In this document: piece after piece, positions 9,948-20,141 of the stretch
Layout of the letters: each line of letters opens with the position of its first letter
How positions within the stretch are numbered: the stretch's first letter is position 1
NCBI GenBank assembly: GCA_964544225.1
Contig: CAZIZK010000001.1
Span: 143,477 to 207,476 of the forward strand
From: an uncultured Candidatus Saccharibacteria bacterium
GTDB taxonomy: Bacteria; Patescibacteriota; Minisyncoccia; Phycocordibacterales; UBA9973
Length of the DNA stretch: 64,000 nucleotides
Reading direction: 5' to 3'
Made by a program: the position numbers and the translations under genes
Notes under the pieces: model-generated
The model's database searches: none
Told to the model about the DNA's origin: nothing
Seen by the model: the letters and a program-made list of their open reading frames with translations, nothing else

Positions 9948-11063
9948 TTATTTTAAAGCTTTCAGTCCTACTAACGTCCCCTTGGATAAGAATTCGAGTG
10001 TAGCCCCACCACCGGTGGATACAAAGGTAAATTTATCCCCGAGCTTTTTATGCTCTATGAATACTGAAGTGTCTCCGCCACCTATGATGACTTTAGCTTT
10101 TGTATTGATCAATAATTTAATCAGTGCATCAGTACCTTCGGTATAACCATGTTCATACCAACCCATAGGGCCGTTCCACAATACCAACTTGGCCTTCTTC
10201 ACCAAAGTCTCGATAGACGCAATACTTGGTAAGCCAATATCTAAAATTGCATCGTCTTTACTCATCTCGGTTATTGTTATTGTCTTCTTTTTGTTACCAC
10301 GTGACACAACTACTGTGTCTGGAAGTATTAACTTTTTACTTTTTAGAAATGGTTTCAGTGGTAATGAATCATGATCTATTACAGACTTGCCTACTTCATA
10401 CCCCTCGGCTTTAAAAAAATTGTTAGACAATGCTCCACCTACGAACACATTGTCGGCAGTCTTTAGATACTTCTTTATTAATGGCAACTTTGTCTCGGTC
10501 TTTGCACCACCAAATATAACTAGGAATGATCCAGTAGGTTTGAGTACACGAGACAGGTTCTTTACCTCGTTCTCCATCTGTAACCCTACAAAGGCCGGTA
10601 AATATGTTGGCAAGCCAACAATAGATGCGTCGGCTCGGTGAGACACAGGGAATGCGTCGTTCACATATATATCACCTAGGAATGCTAGGTTACGAGTGAA
10701 AGCTTTGTCATTAGCCTTCTCGCCAGCGTCGGAACGCAAGTTCTCTAGCAATATTACATCACCATTTTGCATAGTATTTATAGCCTTTTGTGCTAATTGT
10801 CCACAAATATCCTTAACGAATTTAACTTTGATAAATTTGTTTACAATTTTAGCAACAGGTGCCAGTGAGTCGGATGGATTGCGACCCAAATGACTGATCA
10901 ATATTACCTTTGCACCCTTCTTTACTAACAATTCGATAGTGGGTAATGCTTTACGAATACGGAAATCGTCCATTACTTTGCCGTTATTTATCGGCACGTT
11001 GAAGTCGACTCGCACTAATACCCTCTTGCCCTTTATATTCTTTAGTTCTTTTACTGATTTCAT
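9948..11063 (-). CDS. pgk: Phosphoglycerate kinase
   Basis: VRVDFNVP, SHLGR, LLENLR, WNGPMG, GGGDT and STGGGA motifs. Confidence 0.98.
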   Translation of the reverse strand: MKSVKELKNIKGKRVLVRVDFNVPINNGKVMDDFRIRKALPTIELLVKKGAKVILISHLGRNPSDSLAPVAKIVNKFIKVKFVKDICGQLAQKAINTMQNGDVILLENLRSDAGEKANDKAFTRNLAFLGDIYVNDAFPVSHRADASIVGLPTYLPAFVGLQMENEVKNLSRVLKPTGSFLVIFGGAKTETKLPLIKKYLKTADNVFVGGALSNNFFKAEGYEVGKSVIDHDSLPLKPFLKSKKLILPDTVVVSRGNKKKTITITEMSKDDAILDIGLPSIASIETLVKKAKLVLWNGPMGWYEHGYTEGTDALIKLLINTKAKVIIGGGDTSVFIEHKKLGDKFTFVSTGGGATLEFLSKGTLVGLKALK

Positions 11064-11084
11064 GATATGTTTTTCAAAAAATAA

Positions 11085-11846
11085 TTATTTGGTATCTGAG
11101 TCTATAATAATTTTACCAAAATCCTTTACACTCAGACATGCACGGCCTACTAACAAACCATCAACACCTCCATGCATCATAAAATCGCGAGCATTGTCTT
11201 TGTTTACAGAACCACCATAAAGTATACGTGTAGCATGAGCCACTTTCGTATCACTCATGTCTGATACGACTTTCCTGATGAAAAGACTCATCTCCATACT
11301 CTCTACTGCTGTAGCCTCCCTTGTAGCAGATTTACCTATTGCCCAGATCGGCTCATAAGCGATAACCACCTTTTTAATATTTGATTTTGGTACACCAGCT
11401 AGTGACTCATGCAATTGCTTCTTTACGAATTGTAAATACTCACCACTACCATCGCGGTGTGACTCACCTACACACAATATAGGTGTAAGGTTAGACTTCA
11501 ACAAAGCATTTACCTTCTTAGATATAAACATACTGTCCTCCCCCATAGCTCGACGCTCAGAGTGGCCAACTATCACATACTTTACATTTAATTCTTTGAG
11601 CATTTTTACAGAAACTTCACCAGTAAAAGCACCAGTTGCTTCTGGATACACATTCTGTGCACCAAGTATGGCACGAGTTGTAGACAAAGTTTTCAATACT
11701 GGCAAGAAGGTATAAGGTGCACACATTACCACATCTACATTCTTTGTCTTATTTGCTACCTTCTTTACACTAGCAAATAAAGAACGGGCTTTTACAACCC
11801 CCTCTGGGTTCAACTTCCAATTACCTACTATAAGCTTTTTATTCAT
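11085..11846 (-). CDS. tpiA: Triosephosphate isomerase
   Basis: GNWK, GHSERR, AYEPIWAIG and YGGSV motifs. Confidence 0.97.
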   Translation of the reverse strand: MNKKLIVGNWKLNPEGVVKARSLFASVKKVANKTKNVDVVMCAPYTFLPVLKTLSTTRAILGAQNVYPEATGAFTGEVSVKMLKELNVKYVIVGHSERRAMGEDSMFISKKVNALLKSNLTPILCVGESHRDGSGEYLQFVKKQLHESLAGVPKSNIKKVVIAYEPIWAIGKSATREATAVESMEMSLFIRKVVSDMSDTKVAHATRILYGGSVNKDNARDFMMHGGVDGLLVGRACLSVKDFGKIIIDSDTK

Positions 11847-11888
11847 GTGTATATTATAACACAAGAAATAAATGGTATTTATACCATA

Positions 11889-13148
11889 TTATGAATCAAG
11901 AGGGTTGGATCCTTCGATAAGAATTGGGTCTGGGGGGTTCCCATCACCAGAAGACGAGGCATGTCCGCTATTATCATTATCAACAACTACAGTAATTAGC
12001 TTGGAAACAGTTGTATTACCTGTATTATCATAGGCTTTAGCAGACAATTCATGGCTACCATCAGTGGTTGTAGTAGTGTCCCACACTATAGAGTATTGCG
12101 GTGTTGTGTCTACTCCAATAAGAGTATCGTCACTATAGAACTCCACCTTTGCAATACCACTAGTATCATTGGCAAAAGCATTCACAGACACTGTATAAGA
12201 AACTGTTGCCCCTGGCGCAATATTGGTAATCTTGGCGGCAGGAGGTGTTGCATCTGGGATAATACTGGTTGGAATTTCGGGTGTTGGTTCTACTGCCTGT
12301 AATGCTTCGGCTTGGGCCTGGGCTACTGCCAAGTCGGACTGGGCTTGTTCAACCACTTGTTGCTGATTTGTTATCTGACTAGGTGTAACTACAGGGGTGT
12401 TACTACTTGTACTTGATTGTGAAGTAATTGAATCCAGGCTTGCAGTTATCTTGTTCAATTCAGAAACAGAACTATTCACAATAGCTTTGTATTCATTAAT
12501 CTGGGCCTGTGACAAGTTAGAGTTTGTGGTAGTTAGGCTATCTACTGTCGACTTTAATTCCTGGATAAATTGATTTACAAAAGTAATATTATTTTCTGTA
12601 CTTGAAATAAGTGTAGATAGTGATACGCTTGAATTCGTAACTTTTGAACCGAGCTTAACTTCGGCATTGTAAGTATTTAATATATTCTTCCAAGAAGACA
12701 TTACACTCTCGACATTCTTGCGCATAGCGTTGATATTGTCATCTAAGGTGGAATCTTTAAAATTGATCTTGATTTGTGGTGTTGCTGTTTTAGCTTTATC
12801 AAATAATTTATCAGATTGTTTATCTAATAAATTACGAGTAGAGTTGTATTTGGCTTCGAGCATCTTCACAGCATCCTTCTCTGCTTCTCCACGTGTCACT
12901 AGAACATCTAGAGCTTTCGTTTCTTCCTCCACACGAGTAGTTGCTACTTGAAGCTTTGCTAATGCTTCAGCCTTTGGAGTGTGGGCCAATTCCTTCTTCT
13001 TTACCTCTTCTTGCTGTTGTGAAAATATTCGATTAGGAACGATAACATACTTGTGAACAAAGTAATAAACAACGATAGGAATAATTATCACGAAGCATAT
13101 AGCTGTGATTATAAATGGATTCATCTTACTTTTATTTGTATCGTTCAT
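11889..13148 (-). CDS. Membrane-anchored coiled-coil protein with C-terminal bacterial Ig-like domain
   Basis: N-terminal TM, long helical region, then an Ig-like motif (ANDTSGIAKVEFY...WDTT...DGSHELSAKAYDNTGN). Confidence 0.75.
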   Translation of the reverse strand: MNDTNKSKMNPFIITAICFVIIIPIVVYYFVHKYVIVPNRIFSQQQEEVKKKELAHTPKAEALAKLQVATTRVEEETKALDVLVTRGEAEKDAVKMLEAKYNSTRNLLDKQSDKLFDKAKTATPQIKINFKDSTLDDNINAMRKNVESVMSSWKNILNTYNAEVKLGSKVTNSSVSLSTLISSTENNITFVNQFIQELKSTVDSLTTTNSNLSQAQINEYKAIVNSSVSELNKITASLDSITSQSSTSSNTPVVTPSQITNQQQVVEQAQSDLAVAQAQAEALQAVEPTPEIPTSIIPDATPPAAKITNIAPGATVSYTVSVNAFANDTSGIAKVEFYSDDTLIGVDTTPQYSIVWDTTTTTDGSHELSAKAYDNTGNTTVSKLITVVVDNDNSGHASSSGDGNPPDPILIEGSNPLDS

Positions 13149-13167
13149 GTATTTATATTATACACAA

Positions 13168-14637
13168 TTAACGAATCTCTTCCCAAGATATTGTAGAGTA
13201 TTTGTCAGAAGTTAAAGGGAATGATGGTGGTGGTGCATACAATAACTTTGCATCGTATATAATAGTACGATTTGTATAACCTGTTCCATTGGTATAAGCG
13301 AATCCGTAACGCTGGTTCGTACCGATCATGCCATACAATGTTATTAGATCACGATCATCATAAGGAGAACAACTAGAGCTATAATAATACCTACCTACCC
13401 TACCATTCACTGCCATTAATGCTGCGTCAATACGTAGATCATCTTCACTCACCATACCTACATTTATATTGTTCTGTCCGATCAAAGATATTACATCTTG
13501 TCCGTCATAATTTGTATACAATAAATCTTTATTTACAGTTATGCTCTTGCGAGTACTTGGGTTGTCAGGGAATACTCCGGCCGCAACAGTTATGCGTGCA
13601 GTATTTATCTTGCCATCTACCCAAACATTGTCCTCGACAAATATTAAACCATTTGCAGGGTTTGCATAGTTGGCAACAAATGTCTCGCTATTACTTGCAG
13701 TACTGATACTCCAACTACCCCAGTCTGTGGTATTGCTAGAGTTACTTGAACAAGAGCTCGATGGTGAGACCAGCTTCTTTACTTTGTAAACATCGTAAGT
13801 GTCATTATTTTTGAATATTATATGATAACCGAGGAATCCAGATGGTGAGAAGTATTTACCACCAGATGTAGCATTGGTCTTTATAGTAGACAAGTCATTG
13901 GTCATACCAGTAAAGTCGGCTTGGGGTACTGGGAACTGGCGTCCAGCGAGGAATACATCAGATCGTGTGGCAACACTACTGTTCGGTGCTTCGGCTGACC
14001 TGAAAGTATCATTAACACCGCTTGATGGTGGAGCGTTCACGTGAGTGTGTACACCGAACTCCACATTACCACTATGGTCCGGATCATCGTACGAGGACAC
14101 AGCACTAGTAACCAAGTTGTGAGCTATACCATCGAACCGAATACCATTGTTGGAATGTATTGGCCCAAAAACTTCTGTCCCCTGTCCGAAACGCATTGCA
14201 TCGTTTGCCACAACAGCATATCGTGCAAAAGAAGCAATGGCTAATTTGGTTTGTATTGTCTTCTTTGTATTAGGAAAAGCATTGGTATAGCCCTGAGACT
14301 TTATCGTAACAATAGTAGACCCAACCGCTGGTGGTGTAATAGTAAGAATAAATTGACCTATTGCCACACCATCTTTGTCATAAAAAGTATGCGTATAAGG
14401 CCCAGGCATTCCTGTCCCATCCTGGAAGTCATTTGGTGCATGTGCCAAATGCCAACGATAATAATCAATACCCGCTTCAGCCACCTGAAGTGCTTGCTCA
14501 CGCGAATATGCCACACGAGCAATGTTTACCGAAGATGCGGCCCAAGCCACATATACCACCACCAAAGACAGTGCAATCATGGAAAACACAATTACATTTA
14601 GAAGTATGGCACCTTTTTTATAATTTAATTTATTCAT
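13168..14637 (-). CDS. PilX-like minor pilin (N-terminal pilus-assembly domain)
   Basis: KKG|AILL hydrophobic helix, then QALQVAEAG motif; in the pilin operon. Confidence 0.8.
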   Translation of the reverse strand: MNKLNYKKGAILLNVIVFSMIALSLVVVYVAWAASSVNIARVAYSREQALQVAEAGIDYYRWHLAHAPNDFQDGTGMPGPYTHTFYDKDGVAIGQFILTITPPAVGSTIVTIKSQGYTNAFPNTKKTIQTKLAIASFARYAVVANDAMRFGQGTEVFGPIHSNNGIRFDGIAHNLVTSAVSSYDDPDHSGNVEFGVHTHVNAPPSSGVNDTFRSAEAPNSSVATRSDVFLAGRQFPVPQADFTGMTNDLSTIKTNATSGGKYFSPSGFLGYHIIFKNNDTYDVYKVKKLVSPSSSCSSNSSNTTDWGSWSISTASNSETFVANYANPANGLIFVEDNVWVDGKINTARITVAAGVFPDNPSTRKSITVNKDLLYTNYDGQDVISLIGQNNINVGMVSEDDLRIDAALMAVNGRVGRYYYSSSCSPYDDRDLITLYGMIGTNQRYGFAYTNGTGYTNRTIIYDAKLLYAPPPSFPLTSDKYSTISWEEIR

Positions 14638-14641
14638 AGTA

Positions 14642-15271
14642 TTACAAGTTGTCTTTTAAGTTACGAACACTAATCTGCGTTGTTACAGTTACTGGTACTG
14701 GTGACCTATTTGGGTCCACATCGACTATCATATTGACCTTGATCAATCGTATAAATGAAATATTTACAGGTTGAGTAAGTGGTGATGTTGTTCCGGTATA
14801 ATTAGTATCATAATAAGTAAAGACAGGGGTCGCACCATTACGAAGGTTGTGGACCAATTCAGTAAAAGTCTCGTTCGCTGTTGTGTATACAAGCGGGTTA
14901 CCTGTTGGAATTATCACTCCCTTTTTCAAAGTGGTGCCTTGGATAAAATATCTAATCCTTTCTTTTAATCCATCATCATTAATATCTGTAAAGAAAACAA
15001 AGCTATTATCATCTGCAATTTCAATAGGGTATGAACCTAAAGATGAAGGAGACATCGAGCGGATCTCTGAAGACATAGGTTGTAGAACATGCCGAGCATC
15101 ATCGTAAGCAGTCAAACCTCCAGAGAATACACTATTGTAATAAAAAGCGTTACGAGCAAATAACCCTATGACACCTACCATCATAACCAATACAGCAATA
15201 CCAATAACGAGCTCAATAATATTGAAACCACGGTTTGTTTGTATTTTATTTTTAAAAATATTTTTATACAT
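14642..15271 (-). CDS. Type IV prepilin-like protein
   Basis: RG|FNIIEL class III signal peptide. Confidence 0.88.
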   Translation of the reverse strand: MYKNIFKNKIQTNRGFNIIELVIGIAVLVMMVGVIGLFARNAFYYNSVFSGGLTAYDDARHVLQPMSSEIRSMSPSSLGSYPIEIADDNSFVFFTDINDDGLKERIRYFIQGTTLKKGVIIPTGNPLVYTTANETFTELVHNLRNGATPVFTYYDTNYTGTTSPLTQPVNISFIRLIKVNMIVDVDPNRSPVPVTVTTQISVRNLKDNL

Positions 15272-15274
15272 ATA

Positions 15275-17077
15275 CTATGGTGATATAACAAACTCCTCCT
15301 TCTGCCAAGCAGATGCGACATTAACAATACGTGAAGTATCTAGATATCCTGTCTTTGTTATAGATATAGTATAGTTCCCTGTAGCCAGACCCGAGAAAGA
15401 TACTTGTCCGGGTGGAACACAGTCTGATGTGTAAGTAAAAGATACGTCAGATATAGATGGTGTATAGCTTGAGTCAGCAGTGGAAAGAAATATTTTGTAT
15501 TTCAAATATCTATTACCATTATGAGTCGAGCCTATGTCTTGGTTTGAAGTAGTAAAATATGTTGATGATGTTCCATCTGGGCCTACAAAGTTCCATGTAG
15601 CATTGTCATTATTGGTAGCAACTTGGAACCTAACACTCTGAGAACCTGTCTGGGGGGGTTGAGTAGCGCTCTTCCAAGTGATCTGTCGGAAATTACTACC
15701 TGCCCCAGTATCAAAGGAAGATGATGTAAGTATCGCACTTGCTACATATGAACCAGAGACCATCTTTAAAGTTACATCCCCCGGTGAAGTGGAGACATCC
15801 ACATTACCATCTGAAGAGTAGTACATAATACTATCCCCAATGCTCGCCTGACCATCACCCCCTGACCAATCTGTCTGGTTAAAGAAGCCCTGACTTGTAA
15901 TAGAGTTAGTTGAGTAACTACTAGGCCCAGTGACAGATACTGTCGCGTCAGATATAGGCAAGCCTGTGGCTTGGTCACGTACGACTACTAACAGCCTCCT
16001 ACCGTTCTTTGTTTCTGTAATTATTTGTATATTCTGGCTTGAGTTTGGTGGCACACCGAGTGACAATAATGGATTAGTACCAATAATGTCACGAGTACTA
16101 TCGGAACCTGTAATATTGTAAGTATCCCACTCTATGTTACTGAGAGTCGAATTACCAGAACCATTTGTGGTAAAACCTTGTGAGTATTTAATAACATTTG
16201 GACTAGTACCAATAAGTTTTGTTCCAAAAAAATCAAAACCAAAACTTGATGATGCCACGCATTGATTGTTTACAGCTGATGCATATACTGTACTAACTTT
16301 GTCGATAGTAAATGAGACTTGGGTAACTTGCTGTAACACCACTGTCGCATCGGGTTTGCTAGGATTCGGGTTACCTGAAGCCCCTACAGGATGTGTCCTA
16401 TCGCTTGAGTACCCGCTCTTACTAATATATATACGATACTGACCAGAAGATGGTGGCGCATCTACGATAGTTAGCATCCCACTAACATCGGTCTTATCCA
16501 CTATATTTATATTCGGTATAACGCTCGTGTTTACCACATTTACATCAGCAAGTGATACAGGTAAGCCCGAGGAGTCAAACACTCGAACAACCAATGCCCC
16601 ATTTGTAGAAGCTGTTTCTAGGTTCTTTGGAGCTATCTTTGTAGTAAAAGATACTGGGGTAAAATCCTTACATGAAGCACACAAGACTTCTACTTCGATC
16701 AATTTCATATCAGCTGGGGATAGATCATTTGGTGAACCACCAAGTGTGCCGTCGAAAGGATCATCAATATTACGCACAACAATATTAACTGTGTATGTTT
16801 TACCATCGCGAACAATACTCTGGCTTTGTGGTAATAATCCAGCAGGCACACCTCCGACAGTACCTACACTTGTATAAGGCAAGTTACGAGCTATTTCGAA
16901 TTGTTCATTTATCAAATTTGTTACAACCTCTTTGTTGCGTATCACATTCATAAGCGCAAGTATCTTCGAGAAGCCTCCATAAATACCAACAGATACACCC
17001 ACAAATATCGCAACAGCAATCAGTGTCTCGACTAGTGTGTATCCTTGGTTTTTATTTTTACTGGAAAATGAATACAT
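15275..17077 (-). CDS. Large prepilin-type protein with beta-sandwich (carboxypeptidase-regulatory-like) domains
   Basis: QG|YTLVE class III signal; V.V.D..G.P...A.V...SK.GY repeats. Confidence 0.82.
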   Translation of the reverse strand: MYSFSSKNKNQGYTLVETLIAVAIFVGVSVGIYGGFSKILALMNVIRNKEVVTNLINEQFEIARNLPYTSVGTVGGVPAGLLPQSQSIVRDGKTYTVNIVVRNIDDPFDGTLGGSPNDLSPADMKLIEVEVLCASCKDFTPVSFTTKIAPKNLETASTNGALVVRVFDSSGLPVSLADVNVVNTSVIPNINIVDKTDVSGMLTIVDAPPSSGQYRIYISKSGYSSDRTHPVGASGNPNPSKPDATVVLQQVTQVSFTIDKVSTVYASAVNNQCVASSSFGFDFFGTKLIGTSPNVIKYSQGFTTNGSGNSTLSNIEWDTYNITGSDSTRDIIGTNPLLSLGVPPNSSQNIQIITETKNGRRLLVVVRDQATGLPISDATVSVTGPSSYSTNSITSQGFFNQTDWSGGDGQASIGDSIMYYSSDGNVDVSTSPGDVTLKMVSGSYVASAILTSSSFDTGAGSNFRQITWKSATQPPQTGSQSVRFQVATNNDNATWNFVGPDGTSSTYFTTSNQDIGSTHNGNRYLKYKIFLSTADSSYTPSISDVSFTYTSDCVPPGQVSFSGLATGNYTISITKTGYLDTSRIVNVASAWQKEEFVISP

Positions 17078-17081
17078 ATTT

Positions 17082-18299
17082 CTAGTTTATATTATCTAAG
17101 ATAGAATACATAGGGGTAATCATAGATATTGCAAAGAATCCTACGGCACCACCAATAAACAGCATCAATACTGGCTCGATAATTGTGGAAAGGTCTTTTG
17201 TCTTTGAATCTACTTCTGTTTCGTAAAAATTTGAAATGTCTACGAGCATGGCTGACAAGTTACCCGTTTCCTCCCCTACTTCCATCATCTCACCCACCAT
17301 CACTGGATAGAGTTTTGTATTAGCTTTGAATACTTCAGACAAAGTGCGTCCTTTTTCAATAGCGACAATAGCATCATTTACAACCTTTTGAAAATTAACA
17401 TTTTGCAAAACTTCTTTTGTGATAGTTAACGCTCGTGACATAGGAACCCCAGATGCCAATAGCGATGACAGTGTGCGTGTAGTGCGTGCAGTGTTTACCT
17501 CCTTTACCAACTTACCTATTACAGGTAAGTACAATATAGCTGTGTCGATATATTTCTGAGTCTTTGGGATCTTGGCAAATACAACAAGGCTACCTACTGA
17601 ACCAAAAATAATAACAAAGAACAATAATGTATGATTCTTCACTGTGTCAGACAGCCAAATAATGAATTTTGTAGAGGATGGTAGTTCAGCCCCGATACTG
17701 GCAAATGTCGCGGTTAGTGATGGCACCACGTATATCAACATCAGTACTCCTATTAGGATAATAGCTATCATAATGATAGATGGATAAGTCATGGCACTCT
17801 TGATCTTCTTATTTAAATCGTAAGTCTTTTGCAATGTGCTACCTATCTCAGACAGAGTCTTTGATAATGCTCCGGACTCTTCACCAGCACGTACCATCGA
17901 TACAAAAAGTTTTGAAAAAACTTTTGGATACTTCTCGAGTCCGTCTGAGAATGTGCTCCCTTTATTTATATTATCTACCAGACTTTCCAATATCTTTTTC
18001 AAATTTTTATTATTAGACTGTTTGATCTGTACAGTTAGTGCACGGTTCAGGGGTAAGCCTGCCTGCAACATTCCACTTAAGTTACGAGTAAACATGATCT
18101 TGTCGCGCAGTTTAATACCAGTACCAAAACTAATATTGTTTAATTTATACAATAAACCATTTTGATTTACCAATTCGGTAACTATAGGTGTCTCACCACT
18201 TTCACGAATCTGCTTTGCAGCAGAAAACTTGTCAGGGGCATCTATAATACCCTCTTTGATCTCGCCTTCTTTTGTTTGTGATTTGTATTTAAATTTCAT
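17082..18299 (-). CDS. pilC: Type IV pilus platform protein (T2SS F family)
   Basis: Two T2SSF domains: AGEESG, MTYP, VGEETGNL, IIEP. Confidence 0.95.
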   Translation of the reverse strand: MKFKYKSQTKEGEIKEGIIDAPDKFSAAKQIRESGETPIVTELVNQNGLLYKLNNISFGTGIKLRDKIMFTRNLSGMLQAGLPLNRALTVQIKQSNNKNLKKILESLVDNINKGSTFSDGLEKYPKVFSKLFVSMVRAGEESGALSKTLSEIGSTLQKTYDLNKKIKSAMTYPSIIMIAIILIGVLMLIYVVPSLTATFASIGAELPSSTKFIIWLSDTVKNHTLLFFVIIFGSVGSLVVFAKIPKTQKYIDTAILYLPVIGKLVKEVNTARTTRTLSSLLASGVPMSRALTITKEVLQNVNFQKVVNDAIVAIEKGRTLSEVFKANTKLYPVMVGEMMEVGEETGNLSAMLVDISNFYETEVDSKTKDLSTIIEPVLMLFIGGAVGFFAISMITPMYSILDNIN

Positions 18300-18311
18300 C
18301 CTGTTTAAAAA

Positions 18312-20063
18312 TTACTCCGAGATAACACGCAACACTTCTTCTGTACTTGTTACACCTTGAACAGATAGGAATATTCCATCTTCGATCATACTTAGCATAC
18401 CTTCTTCTTTTGCTTGTTTCTCGATAGCTTCATCAGAGGCGCCCTTTAATATCAATTCTTTAATAGCAGGGGTCACCTTCATAACTTCATGTATACCAAT
18501 ACGGCCTTTGTATCCGTCAGGCGACTCGGTACTTGGCTTTGCGCGATAGAAAGGTATCTTGTCTATTGTGGCATCATCGGGAACAATCTTTTCAAATTTT
18601 AAGAATTTTAATATTCTTTCCAAGTCTACTACCTTTGACAGATTTGCTTTTTCTGCCTCACTCAGGAAATATTGTTCCTTTTCCTCTGTTAGTCTGCGTA
18701 CTAGACGCTGGGCGATAACAGTCTTTACTGTAGATACAATAAGGAATGGCTCTACACCCATATCGATCATACGAGGAATAGCCCCGGCAGATGAGTTGGT
18801 GTGTATGGTAGACAATACGAGGTGACCAGTAAGAGCTGCGTTGATACCAAGTGATGCTGTCTCTCCATCACGGATTTCCCCCACCATGATTATGTCAGGG
18901 TCCTGACGAAGAAGTGTACGCAAACCGTTAGAAAATGTCAGACCAATTTCAGACTTTGTTTGAGTCTGGTTTATACGTGGCATCTGGTATTCGATAGGGT
19001 CCTCTATCGTAGATATGTTTACCTCTGGAGTATTGAGGATATCCATCATTGTATATAGTGTAGTTGTCTTACCAGAACCAGTCGGCCCTGTGGCAAGCAA
19101 CATACCAGTGCGTTGCTTCATACCTTCGTGGATACGTTCTAGAGCTTCACCGTGAAAGCCAAGTCCCTCGAGAGAGAAGCCTTTTGAATTCTCACGCAAT
19201 AGACGGATAACAGTCTTCTCGCCATAGTATGTAGGTAGTGTTGATACACGGAAAGACACGCGACCTTGATCATTCTCTATCTTAAAACGTCCGTCTTGGG
19301 GCAACCTCTTTTCATCGAGCTTTAGATTTGAAAGGACTTTGATACGCGCAGTAATACCAGAAGCTGTATCTTTTGGTAGTGTCATAGCATCATGAAGGAT
19401 ACCGTCGATACGGTAGCGCACGATAACTGTTGTTTCCTCGGGTTCTATGTGCACGTCAGATGCACCCTGCAGTATCGCGTGAGATATAAGCGTGTCGACT
19501 ATCTTCACTATTGGCAGGTCCTCGGCCAGTTCTTTTAGGTCCTTCTCGCTCTGGGGTTCACCACTTGTATCATTAATAGCTTTGAGAGACACACTTTCCT
19601 TTTTTATTATGTCTTCAAAGTCAGCTTCGAGACTCTTCTTGTACAATGCCAATGCTTCCTTTATAGAGTCCGAGCTTGTAAGACGTGGAAGGATCTTTAC
19701 CCCCACCTTCTTCTTTATAGAGTCGATCACTGCCAAGTTCTCCACATCAAGCATCGCTACTTCCAAACCCTTATCACTTTGCTTATAAGCAATGATATTG
19801 TTATTGCGAGCGATAGGCTCAGGGATGAGTGACAGGACTGCAAAGTCGATCTTCTCCCCCTTTAGGCTTACAAAAGGTATACCCAGTACTACTGATTGCA
19901 TAGAACGATAATCCTTCTCGGTTAGTTTGCCTTCGGATATCAATATATCACCGACACTTTGACTAGTGTCATGCGATTTCTTTACGGCCATTTCAAGATC
20001 AGTTTTACTTAGAAGTCCTGATTCGCGAATTAGTTGTAAGATTTTATCTTCATCTATTTCCAT
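18312..20063 (-). CDS. pilB: Type IV pilus assembly ATPase (GspE/PulE family)
   Basis: ASDVHIEP, RLPQDG, GPTGSGKT, LRQDPD and TGHLVLSTIHTN motifs. Confidence 0.95.
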   Translation of the reverse strand: MEIDEDKILQLIRESGLLSKTDLEMAVKKSHDTSQSVGDILISEGKLTEKDYRSMQSVVLGIPFVSLKGEKIDFAVLSLIPEPIARNNNIIAYKQSDKGLEVAMLDVENLAVIDSIKKKVGVKILPRLTSSDSIKEALALYKKSLEADFEDIIKKESVSLKAINDTSGEPQSEKDLKELAEDLPIVKIVDTLISHAILQGASDVHIEPEETTVIVRYRIDGILHDAMTLPKDTASGITARIKVLSNLKLDEKRLPQDGRFKIENDQGRVSFRVSTLPTYYGEKTVIRLLRENSKGFSLEGLGFHGEALERIHEGMKQRTGMLLATGPTGSGKTTTLYTMMDILNTPEVNISTIEDPIEYQMPRINQTQTKSEIGLTFSNGLRTLLRQDPDIIMVGEIRDGETASLGINAALTGHLVLSTIHTNSSAGAIPRMIDMGVEPFLIVSTVKTVIAQRLVRRLTEEKEQYFLSEAEKANLSKVVDLERILKFLKFEKIVPDDATIDKIPFYRAKPSTESPDGYKGRIGIHEVMKVTPAIKELILKGASDEAIEKQAKEEGMLSMIEDGIFLSVQGVTSTEEVLRVISE

Positions 20064-20141
20064 ATATAAATATTATACCAGAAAAAAATAAACATTATAC
20101 TATGTAATACACAGTATAATGTTTATTTTTATTTTTATTTT

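Noticed and set aside
20087-20129. AT-rich inverted repeat as a dif site
   Set aside because: It is a long symmetric hairpin (AAATAAACATTATACT/AGTATAATGTTTATTT) downstream of a gene end and lacks the TTATGTTAAAT arm, so a terminator fits better
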